The notes under the pieces are model-generated. The model was given only the letters and a program-made list of their open reading frames with translations, did no database searches and was not told where the DNA came from. A stretch of 64,000 bases of DNA from the human T2T-CHM13v2.0 reference genome, Homo sapiens. Every line of letters begins with the position of its first letter. Within the stretch, counting starts at the first letter, position 1. Shown piece after piece: positions 15,245-29,901 of this stretch. The DNA lies in the NCBI RefSeq assembly GCF_009914755.1, contig NC_060934.1; one strand, written 5' to 3'. The position numbers and the translations under genes are program-made.

Positions 15245-15415
15245 ATTTTTTTTAAATGAGACAAGGTCTTGCTATGTTCCTCAGACCGGAGTGCAGTGGC
15301 TATTTACAGGCATAATCATAGCTCACTGTAGCCTGGAACTCCCACTTCAAGTGATCCTCTTGCTTCAGCCTCTGGAGTAGCTAGGACTAGGAGCACAGGT
15401 CACCTCTCCTGGCTT
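15245..15415 (-). mobile_element. FAM monomer
   Basis: ggagtgcagtggctatttacaggc... monomer. Confidence 0.75.
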
Positions 15416-15875
15416 TCTTTTTCATAATTCTTGCAGTTTTAATCCCTCCCTTCCCGTACTACCAGAGCAGTTTTGAAACCTCTATTATTACGTTTTATCA
15501 GGGTCTGCCATATACTAGTTTATCTGAGTGTTTGTCTTCCAGATTAGAGTTATGGTTCCTCGACAGGCAGATAATCATGTCTTCTTTGTTTAGAGATGAA
15601 TAAACACCTAGCATGGTGCTCTGAATATAGTATGTGCTTAACAAATGCTTGTTGGATTGAACCAGTATGAATTTAAGTTCTTTTGTTGGACAGAGAGGTA
15701 TGCCTGCTTTAGAGCTGTTTCCTCTCCTCCTGAGATCTTTCTGTGCTGTTTTACTGAGCAGGGAAGAATAGCGTTGCTAAATGCATGTTTACCAAAATGA
15801 CATTTTATTTTTGGGACTTTTATGATTCCTTATGGACTTCTTAGTGTGAGAATTATGGAGAGTTTATAGCTTTGA

Positions 15876-16289
<414 letters not shown>

Positions 16290-17439
16290 TAAAAACAATT
16301 CATTTCTCTCTCTTTATCTCACTATCCCAGAGGGTGGGTTGGCGTCACTGGGAAACTGGCAACAACTGGTAGTGAGATTTCCTTATACTGGGTGCTGACA
16401 TCGTAGTGGCATAACCTGTAAGGTCTGCAGGGGGGCTAAAGAAGAGAGAAACTAAGTTTTGATCCATTGTGATTTGAGGCAGGGATCTAGGATAATTTTA
16501 GGTTGTATGTGAGAGACATAGATGAATACTTAGGTTATCCGCAGATCCCAATGAAAAGTTCATCTAAAATAGTATCTTGCCCCAAATTTCATGGATTTTT
16601 CAGTTTTAATTAATACCCTTATATAACTTAAAATTCTTATTCAAAGACCATTATGTTAGAAATACTGGAAACTATAAGTAAGCAAAAGGAAAGGGGATTT
16701 GTTAATCTCCCCTATCTCCTACATCCCCTTCATTCGCCTCTACCCCGTGCAGTAATTTATCACCCAGAAATAACCGCTGTGAGCATCTTGGATGGTTAAT
16801 GCAGAGTGACTTGTAGCAATTGACAGTTTCTGTTTATCCTCTTACAGAAGGATATGTTTATGTAAATTATAGGTTCTTATATGTAAGATATTTCCCCATG
16901 CACAGAGATATGGTTATTACTTATAGGGCCTATGCATTTACTTTAACAGAACAATGACTGCTTTTACTCGGAATATTAACTTTGGAATCAGTTTTCTTTT
17001 GAGGTATTTCTCTAGCTGTTGCCACCACCTTTCACCTCCTCACCTGTTAATTTAGAATGTTTAGGAGTGTTGCTTTGCTTGTTGCTGTAAGGAATTAATC
17101 CACATAGATGCGAGTGGCCCTAGGCAGTCATCACTTTCTGAAGACAACATACATGTTGCATGAAGTGCTTTCACTGGAAAAGTTGTCATTCATTCCTTGA
17201 CTGTAATGTATAATACTATTTGGAACTAACTGGTAAAGAACCAATAACCATGGCTGGGTTTTCAGTGGCACACTAACCCATCATTCTATGAGGTGTTTCT
17301 CAAGCTACTTTATATGATATGTAAAACATGTTCTTGGCCCTCCACCTGGGAAGAAAGGACCTAAGTGAATAAAAAAATAACCTCAGTGCAGTGCAGCATC
17401 TCAGAATTAGAAATAGTCTTAGAAGTCATGGGATGCAGC

Positions 17440-17748
17440 TTTTTTTTTTTTTTTTTTTTTGAGACAAGGTCTCACTCTGATGCCCAGGCTGGAGTGCAGT
17501 GGCATGATCTCAGCTTACTGCATCCTCAATCTCTGAGGCTCAGATGATCCTTCCACCTCAGCCTCCTGAGTAGCTGGGACGACAGGCACATGCCACCATG
17601 CCCGGCTGATTTTTGTATTTATTTTTTGTAGAGATGGTAGTTTGCCATGTTACCCAGGCTGGTATCTAACTCCTGGGCTCAAGGGATCCAACCGCCTGCC
17701 TTGGCCTCCCAAAGTGCTGGATTACAGGCATGAGCCACTGTACCTGGC
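17440..17748 (-). mobile_element. Alu (J-type)
   Basis: Full Alu; TSD gatgcagctt on both sides. Confidence 0.93.
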
Positions 17749-18303
17749 CTGTGATGCAGCTTATATTATACATGAATCTGTTGAAGAGTATCTCTGGTAA
17801 ATGGATATCCAGTCTCCCGTCTTTTCTGCTAATGGAATAAGTGAGCAAAAGCTAGGAAACAATACAAGGTGGATTCAGGAATAGTAATGTTAACTCTGAT
17901 AGCTAACATTTATTGAGCATGTATTACATGTTAAGTGTAGGAATACTGTACTTATTTAATTTTCACAAAAACCTTTTGGTATCCTTCTTTTACAGATGAA
18001 AAACGAGGCTTATAGAGAGTAACTACAGCAGTTGAGTGGTGGAGCCAAGTTTGACCTCAGTTGGTCTGACTTCAGATCCCTCCCTCTTGCCTACTTTGTG
18101 TCCTTACCCCTGGTAAGGGTAGAGGTTGCTGACCATTGTGACTGATGGGAGAGGGTCTGTGTGGAGCAGATGGGATAGGATAGCTCCACCCTCTAGGGGG
18201 CACTTTGGCAATGGGGGACTGGGGGAGGAGGGAGTCTTTTTTCTTCTAGTGTAGTCTGAAAATACATGTTTTATTATTAAATTATTATTAAATCTTGTTT
18301 ATT

Positions 18304-18597
<294 letters not shown>

Positions 18598-19325
18598 TTT
18601 GTGTTTTATTTTCTTTTACGTCGCATTTAATGAATTATATTGAAATTTTAAAACTTGTATCTGCAGGCATAGTGTTATAATCTTTAAATGCCATGTCAGA
18701 GTAGCAAAAGGGATTACAGAATATTTGTTATAAAAAGAGGGCATTGGGTCATAGAGTTGAAGACTACTTGTGTGGACAGTATGCTGTGAGAGAAAACCTG
18801 GAGATGACCTGGAGTCCACATATAACAAGCCTTGAATCCAGACTGACAGGCTCGGGCTATCAGCCCTCAGTGTGTTCCTGCCCTCAATTTTGTTATCATT
18901 TGATTAGGATAGTTTGCTTGCCTTTTTCCATTTGCTCGTATGTGATGTGTCATAGACTGCAGTACTTTCCACCTGTGTCTCATAGAGAATAAAATGAGTA
19001 TGTTCATCTGCTGAGAGTTGTGATGATGTCAGAGGGAATTCAAGTCAGACAGCTTTGTAGCAGCCTTTCTCCCCCTTGGCAACCATTCTTTTTATTCATA
19101 CTCTCCTCCTTGGTGCTAGAGGGTGGTATCACTTTGCAAGTTGCCAAATATTTGTAGTTTTTAAGAAAAAGGTATTTTATAAAGCCAGTCTACCCCTTAG
19201 GTGGCTTTTTTCTTTTCTCATCAGAAAATGATGACTAAATTAGCTGATATTCATAGATGAATCAAGGTTAGCGTGTGCACCCTGGTAGTGCTAGGTGGGG
19301 TTTGAGTGATAATTGCTTATCTAGG

Positions 19326-19533
19326 GCAGTGGTTCTTGACCAGGGGCAATTTTGCCCTCTGGGTGACATTTGACAATGCCTAGAGACATTTTGGGTTGTT
19401 ACACCTGAAGGGTTCTGCTGGCATCTAGTGGGTAGAGGCTAGGGATGCAACCAAACACCTTACAACGCACAGTTTCCTGCAAACAAGAATTATCTGGCCT
19501 AGAATGTCAATAGTGGTGAGGTTGAGAAACTGG
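19326..19533. mobile_element. MER20 (hAT-Charlie)
   Basis: cagtggttct...aattttgcc...ggcatctagtgggtagagg...gaggttgagaaac termini. Confidence 0.85.
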
Positions 19534-20607
19534 TATGAAGTTTCTTACCATAGATACCTGGATATCTGTGTAGTCTATGCTTTCATATGGGTGGGGGAGT
19601 GATTCCCTTCTTGGAGGTTAACGTGTCTGTTATTGTCTCACTTGGGGTTATTTTGCCCATGGGTCAAGCCTTGCTGCTCAGGAATATATATTGGAGATGG
19701 TGCAGCTGATCTTTTATAGCAATGCAGAATTCTTAAGAAATGCTGTCCTTTGCAACATTTCTGCACCACTCTTTTCTTGATTTGCAAACAGCAAGCTTCC
19801 CTCAGTTTTGTTTTTTGGGTTCAAAAATTGAATCTTTCCAGGTCCTTGAGCGTCTTTATCTGTGACCCTTGACTCTTTTTCAGGGATGCTTTCTTTCTGA
19901 ATCTCAAGTGGGATTTAAGCAATAAACTGAAAGATTGACCTTAGGAGCTCTGTTCTATTATTTGAGCCTTGTGTCTTGTTTGTAGGATTTGCTAGAAGAA
20001 AGGGAAAATTCATTGGGATTGTTGATAGGACATTAAAAAATTTGTTGACATTTGAGTGGCCATTGCAGGATGAACACTGTATTTGGCAATCTCCCAGTGT
20101 TATAGATGAAACAGAGCTGTAATAATTTCCACAGCCTTTGGTTTAAAGGAAAAGAGGGTTATAAACAGATAGAATCCAAATCCCAGTATTTGACTTAGCT
20201 TTTCAGTCTATGTGTCAGGAATTTTTAGTAATATTTACCTTCTTAATTAGGTTTTACCCAATCTAATATTATATACAGTTTGTGCACATTGGTGGCAGAA
20301 TTGAGAATCAGCCTGGGTTTAAGAATTTCCATAGGGAATTGATGTGAATCAGTCTGTATGTGTAAATGTACAGAACCCAATTACTGAGATAAAAACCATG
20401 CTGTGGGGGAAGGGGAGATAGGGGCCCTCTGAGAAGATGGAATGGTGAAGGCTGCGAGTAGTTTGTGGATATATCAGTCATATCTTGGCATAATCCAACA
20501 GCGTACTAAGGGATCAAGGGACTATTTTCAAGGCTGAGCAGGTTTAAGGAAAACATCTAGGTGAAACATCTAAGGGCTAGCTAGCAATAGGAGAGCCATT
20601 ATCACTC

Positions 20608-23220
<2,613 letters not shown>

Positions 23221-23710
23221 GGAGGGGAGAACATCCAGCATGCTGGAGTTGAGAGGTCTAGTTTGTCTTAAAAGGCACAAATGAGGAGATAATTCTTGAA
23301 CAGAATCTTGAAGGTGGATAGCATATGGATTATAGAAAGGGAATGTTCCCACTGATTTTAACAGGATAGATTCAGAGGCACACAGTTGCCACAGCTTTGG
23401 CAAGCCCAAAGCTGCTTTGTTCCAGTAGTAGCCTTAGAATCTTAATTGCCTGGAGGGCCTTTAAAAGTACTGCAGTCCAGCTTTCTTGCTGCCTAGGAAT
23501 CCCTCTACAATGCCCTGTCAGGAGTGAGTGCTACATACTTTCTCAGGGGGTTCTTTCCACTGTTGGACAGCTTTAATTTTTAGAAAATTTTTCATGTGTC
23601 CAGATCACTGAATGCATCAGCTAGAATTAGGTTTGAGTGTATATAACAGAAAAACCTAAAGTAATAGAGATTTTTTAAAAGACATAAATATATTTCTTTA
23701 AGAGAAAACT

Positions 23711-24000
23711 GGCCTGGCGCGGTGGCTCACGCCTGTAATCCCAACACTTTGGGAGGCCGAAATGGGCGGATCACTTGAAGCCAGAAGTCAAGATCAGCCT
23801 GGGCAATGTGGTGAAACCCCGTCTTTACTAAAAATACAAAAATTAGCCGGGTGTGGTGGTGGGTGCCTGTAATCAATCCCAGCTACTCAGGAGGCTGAGG
23901 CATGAGAATCGCTTGAACGCGGGAGGTGGAGGTTGCAGTGAGCCAAGGTCACACTACCGCACTCCAGCCTGGACGACAGAGTGAGACTCTCTCAAAAAAA
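23711..24000 (+). mobile_element. Alu (S-type)
   Basis: Full Alu consensus motifs. Confidence 0.94.
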
Positions 24001-24001
24001 T

Positions 24002-24128
24002 TACAACACAGTACAATACAATACAACACAACACAACAATACAATACAATACAGTACTACAGTACAATACAATACAATGCAATGCCAGTACAATTCCATT
24101 CCATTCCATTCATTCCCATTCCATTCCA
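24002..24128 (+). repeat. Alu-tail-derived pentanucleotide array: (AATAC)n followed by (ATTCC)n
   Basis: acaatacaatacaac... then attccattccattccattcattcccattccattcc. Confidence 0.92.
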
Positions 24129-24309
24129 TGCCGATAAGGCCATTCCTGAGTCTTTGAGGTGCCAGGCTGCTTCTGTCTGTCATTCCGCTATCAGTAGTGC
24201 ATCCCCTCCTGGGCCAGGGTAGCTGCCTGGGGTTCTACCTGTCAGGTTCATGTTTCATTCATGAAGAGGAAGAGGAAACGGAAAAAGAAGGGCTTGCCCT
24301 CCATTTTAA

Positions 24310-26000
24310 TTAAAAATTATTTTGGAATTTATTATACGTGCAGAAGAGTATAGAAAGCACATATCTACATTTTAATGAACAATAATAAAACAACGATACC
24401 AGATTAGGATATAAACCATTTATCTCTAACTCTACGCTTCACCCTGTTACAAATATTTCCTTTCTTCCCCTCTAGGGATAACCCCATCCTGACTTTTATA
24501 ATTATTCCCTTGCCTTTTTAAAAATAGTTTTAACCACCTGTGTATGCATCCTAAGTTTAGTTTGTTTTTTTTTAAACTTGATGTAAATGGATGCATATGT
24601 ATTTTTATTTTTGTGATTTTCCTGTGTTGCTCAGTATTCATGCGATCCATGTTATTGCATGTAGTTTAAGTTCATTCATTTTTATTGCTGTATATATAGT
24701 ATTTTATTGTGTGACTAAACTGCAGTTATTTATCCATTTGACTTATAATTCACATTTGGGTTGTTTCCAATTTGAGGCTTTTTCAAACATTGCTGTTATG
24801 AGCGTTCTTATATAACAAGTGATCACAAGTGCAAGAGTTTTTCTGGGATTTGTGCCTAGGAGTGGAATTGCTGATTGTAAAGGCATACATGCCTAACTTC
24901 ACTAGATATTGCTAAACTTTTCTGAAGAGGCCAATACAATTTATACCACTATCAACAATATATGAGAGTTATTTCCACCCAACTTGGCAAACCTGATATT
25001 TATAAAGCTTATTTTTTGACAATCTGGTAAGCAGATAAATGTAATTGTAATTTCCGTATGCATTTCCTGATAACTGATGTGGTTAAGTACCCTTTTCAAT
25101 GTTTACCAACCACTTGGATTTTCTGTTTTGTGGCTGCCTCTTCAAGTCATATGCCTTATCAGTTATTTCTCCTTTTTAGTTCTATTATTAATAGATTTTG
25201 CTGTATATTTGCTGAGATTTTGTTACTAGGTGCATTCAGATTTAAAATTGTTACATCTTGTAAGTTGAGCTTTTCATATAATTTGCTTTTTGACATAATA
25301 TAGCTACATCAGCTTTTTGTCATGAAATAGGAAACTTCAAATGTATGATAAATGAATGAGTTGCCTGTTAGTATAGGCAGAAACTGCAGAACAATCCTAG
25401 CCCATTATTCAGGCTTTATGTATCAGCGATTTGTTCTGTTATCCCATAAAGTGAATGAGTCATTTTTGAGTTTAAAAAAATCATAGGGCTTTTTTTTTGA
25501 GGTCCAATTTGCATACAGTAAAGGGCACAAATCTTAATTATCCAGGTCAGTAAATATTTATGTATGAATATACTTCCAGATCAAGATATTAAACATTTCC
25601 AGCACTCCAGCCAGCTTCTTAATGTCCCTCCCAGTTGATACCTACCAAAGGTTTTGCTTAGTTTTGCTGATTTTGAACTTTACATAAAGTGGAAACATAC
25701 AGTATATTCTCTTTTGTGAGTGGCCTTTTTGCTCAACATTGTGTTTGTGAGATTCAGTCATGTTCTTAGGTAGCATTAGTTTTTCTTTCTTATTGCTGTG
25801 TAGTGTTACAATGTATAACTATATTATAACTAATTTGTTCTGTAGTTGTAGAACATTTATGTTTCTAGTTTTTTGGCTATTGTGAATGACACTGCTGCCT
25901 TCTTGAACATGTCTTGGTAAACATAAAATGTAGAGTTGCTGTGTGGTAACGTGTACTGCCAAACAGATTTCCAAAGTGGTTGTACTAATTTACGCTACCA
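24310..26000 (-). mobile_element. Old L1 (L1ME-type) 3' fragments
   Basis: catttgggttgtttccaatttgaggct, cctaggagtggaattgctg, ttccaaagtggttgtactaattta: antisense L1 3'-region motifs. Confidence 0.75.
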
Positions 26001-26118
26001 GAGTTTTAATATATAACTTCTTGATTTAGCTTTGGGCAGCAAATGTTAAATTTCTGTCATCTGCATACCACACATGGAGAAGAGCACTGAGAACTCTTTC
26101 CTGAAGTTGTATAGGCAC

Positions 26119-26303
26119 TTTTATTTTATTTTTTATTTTTATTTTTTTCGGAGACAGGGTTTCACCCTGTTGCCCAGGCAGGAGTGCGGTGGTGCGATCA
26201 TGGCTTCCTGCAGCCTTGAACTCTGGGTCTCTAACCATCCTCATTGAGAAGCCTCGGCTTCCTAAAGTGCTGCGATTATGGGTGTGAGCCACTGTACCCA
26301 GCC
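26119..26303 (-). mobile_element. Monomer-length AluJ/FRAM-like element
   Basis: Right-arm 3' end joined to a left-arm 5' end. Confidence 0.8.
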
Positions 26304-29006
26304 TGTACAAGCAATTCTAAAATGTGAAATGCCCTTCCTTTTCTGTAATTTCCCCAGAGAGTAAAGCCTACTGCATTCTTGTTTATCTAGTCTGTAAATG
26401 TTAATACACAATTGATGGGAACAAAGCAACCTTAGTTCTTTTTGAGTATGAAAAGGACCCTGTTAAGGGCAGAATTTAAAATATTTGTAGTAGTTAATTC
26501 TCAGGTTAAAATCATAATCTTCTAGAATGCTTTAGATTCTAAGTGGCTATTGTAGTAACACTTTATACTCAATATTGGGGGACCATGTTTTTTGGAGGCT
26601 TTCACTGAAGCATTTAATTCCATTCTTTTGAATTCGTTTTGACAGATGGGTCTAAAAAGGAATAGATCAATTCTGTATTGAATTCCAGTCTTAATGGCAC
26701 CGAGTCTTTGAGACAATTGAGGCAAATTGGAAATTCTGTTTTCACATTCTTCTGAAAGGGGATGCCTTTCAGAAGTGTCCTGAAGGGCGCTGGGGAGGGC
26801 AAATATGAGGATGCCAGGGTAAGTCTGCTCCCTGTCTGGCTGTGTTGGGCCAGAGTGGAAGAAAGCCTAAGACTCTGTTACCCAGCCCTTTCTGAAAATG
26901 TTTTCAAATGCTTTCCCAACAATCACGACCACAAGAGTCAACAGTCTGTTTGGATGACTGAAAACACACAGGTTTACGATCTGTAAAGATAGTAGGTAAG
27001 TGATTTAATCTTGTTGTATAGGTAGGCCAGAGGGCACTCGCAGCCTTCTGATTGATTTAATAGATTGTTGAAGATTAAGAGTTGACTTAACATCTCTCTT
27101 AGAAAACTGAGAAATAGCTCATTACTAAGGTGTGTTTTATTACCACCGTCTGTAAGAAAATACAACATAGGCATGGGAATCAAACTACTTAAAGCCTCTT
27201 CCAGCTCCTTTGTGACTGGGAAGGTTACTTTTCCTTGTTGCTTATTGAAGAGAAAAGGAAAATGTTTATCATTGGATAATTCAGGTTCACTGAATATTTA
27301 ATGAGTGTTTATTATCTGCAGTCATTTTCTTATTACCTTATCTCATTTAATATTCACAACAACCCTGTGAGTGGACGATGGTATCTTTTTTTTTTCTCCT
27401 GAACGTTTTGTTGAATTATCCCAATGGCTTCTATTTTTGCAGATGAGCAGAGTCCAGTTGCATAGAGGTTTAGTGTTGTGCCACACATCACACAGCTTCT
27501 AAGTGAGAGCTAAAATTAGAGCCGAAGGTTTTGATTACCAGTCCAGACTTTCTAGGACACCACAGCTGCCTTTCTGTAGAACAGATTAACATGACTCTCA
27601 GAGTCCGCAAGAGTAGTGGTGAGGTGTCAGTTCAGGGGAATACTCAAAGGTCACTGTCCTTTTCAGATATCTGGGTAGTTGCTACAGTATGTGCTTAGGA
27701 ATTGCTGGATAAAAAAATATTCTTTAAAATCTCATCATTTTAGTCGTTAATAATTTATTATTATAACTCGTAAAAATATACCTTTAGGCAAGTTATTCTT
27801 AGGTAGTTATGGTTGCTTTCATTTGGAGTCCAGAGCTTTACTCTCTATTTCTGGAGTTGCAATTTCTGCTGTCCTTGGCCCATTTAAAAACTTTTTCAGA
27901 AGGCCTTTTAAATTTTATTTTTTTATTAAAAGAAAGCCTGTGAATCCAAAGAATCTTAGGTGGTTTCTTAGCTGAAGGGACATTTGGTGAACACAAATGG
28001 AACTGTTAGGTCATGATGCTTTTTTAAGTGTACAACTCTGGTGTTTTGTATATTCACAGTTGTGCAGCCATCCCCACGATCAATTTTAGGACATTTTCCA
28101 AAGAAACCCAGTACTCAGCAGTCACTTCCTTATTTCCTTCTCACTGGTCCTCAGCAACTACCAGTCTACTTTGTGTAGATTTGCTTAGTCAGGACACTTC
28201 ATATAAATACAATCATACAGTAAATATGTGGTCTTTCCTGATTGACTTCCTGATTAACCATTCGTTTAATGGTTTCAAGGTTCATCCATGTTGTAGCATG
28301 GATCAGAACTGCACTCCTTTTTATTGCAGTTACAGGGCTTTTCCTACAGAATTTTAAGTAATGGATATATCTAACAATGTCTCTTGTTCTCACCTACAGG
28401 AGACACAGGATCTTGGGCTTACTTTACTTATATAGGACCTTTTGTAATATCGAGGCTATTTCTATGCTTTATTGTAGAACAGAAGTTATTAACTGGGGAA
28501 TATGGACCTTTATGACTGGCCTTTAGGATGTCCTGAATTCTTTGTAATTATATAAGATTTTATGTTCACAAGCATTTTCTGGGCGTCGGAGGAGTCTGGA
28601 ACAGCAAAGATCTCTAGCTTTTGTTAAAAGATAATTTTCGAAAGTAATATCCTGACTCTTATACAGATATAAAATGAACATATGTTGAAGATTTTATTTT
28701 ACTCCAAAAGAGGAAACCAGGCAGATGTTATAACTGGTTCAAAGGAGAGGTCCAAAAAGCTGCTCATTTATGGATCAGGAATATCAAATGAATGTGCAAA
28801 TGGAGGCAAAACAACTCTCTGTCATAGGGGTAGGAAAGTCAGGTGAAACTTCACCTGACGGCAGAATTTGCATATTTAAGGATCTAGATTACTTTGCACT
28901 GCTATCAGTTATCTACAACTTTCAGAGCCGTAAACAGCCTCCTCATAATCAGAATCTGGTAACCCGGAGGGGCGTCCCAGATAATGCATAATTTTTCATT
29001 GGAAGC

Positions 29007-29901
29007 CGTAGGGAAAAACTCTCTCCTCTACTCTCACACCACAACAATCAACACCGAAGACTTCCGTGACCAAACGTGTGGGATTTTTTTCCCCACACTC
29101 CAAGAAGCAGACATCACTGGGTGTCGCCTAATTCAATTCTGACACTGTCTACCTGGAGATAGCATCAGATCTATGGGTTGAGGGCTCAGTCCCAACCCAT
29201 ACCTGTCTCCCCCAACCCCAACCTGTCACAAGTCTGGTCCTTCAAAATGTCTGACTGACTGTCTTCAAGGTGAGGTTCCCATGACCTCCTCTTGGATTGG
29301 ATTAATTTGCTGGAACAGCTCACAGAACTCAGGGAAACATTTACTTAGGTTTACAGGTTTATTTTAAGGGATACTGCAAAGGTTACAAATGAAGAGATGC
29401 ATGGGGCAAGGTATAGGGGAAGGGGTGTGGAGCTTCCATGCCTCCCTGGGTGCACCACCCTCCAGGAACCTCCATGTGTTCAGCTATCCAGAGGCTCTCT
29501 GAACCCTGTCCTTTTGGGTTTTTATGGAGGCTTAGTTACATAGGCATGATTGACAACCATGTAGAAATGTGACTGGACACAGGAGGCATGATCTCATACT
29601 AATAGACTGACCGGAAACCCAGCAAGGCCTGTCTGTTCAGGTTGTCGCTGGCCTTTCTGTGCAGCCTTCCTTCCTCCAGAATATGGGGCACAACCCTCCC
29701 AGGAATGAGGGTTTTTTGGCCCACAGTTGGACTAGAGTCTTGCTTTGAGGCAGGTAAAAGAGGACAGGAGAAGGTTGAGAGAGATTCTGTTTCCTGAGGC
29801 CCAAAGTGCCCCAGCATTATAATAGAAGACTATAACAAGGGCTATGGGGGTTATGAACCAGGAACCATGGATGCAAACCAATATATACGTATAACATCAC
29901 A
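29007..29901 (-). mobile_element. MER21-family solo LTR (~895 bp)
   Basis: MER21 text (aattcaattctgacactgtctacctggagatagcatcagatc; ttgctggaacagctcacagaactcagggaaaca). 5-bp TSD GAAGC at 29002-29006 and 29902-29906. Confidence 0.88.

Noticed and set aside
24093-24128. (ATTCC)n as a satellite III block
   Set aside because: Only ~7 units, continuous with an Alu tail; a local microsatellite rather than pericentromeric satellite.
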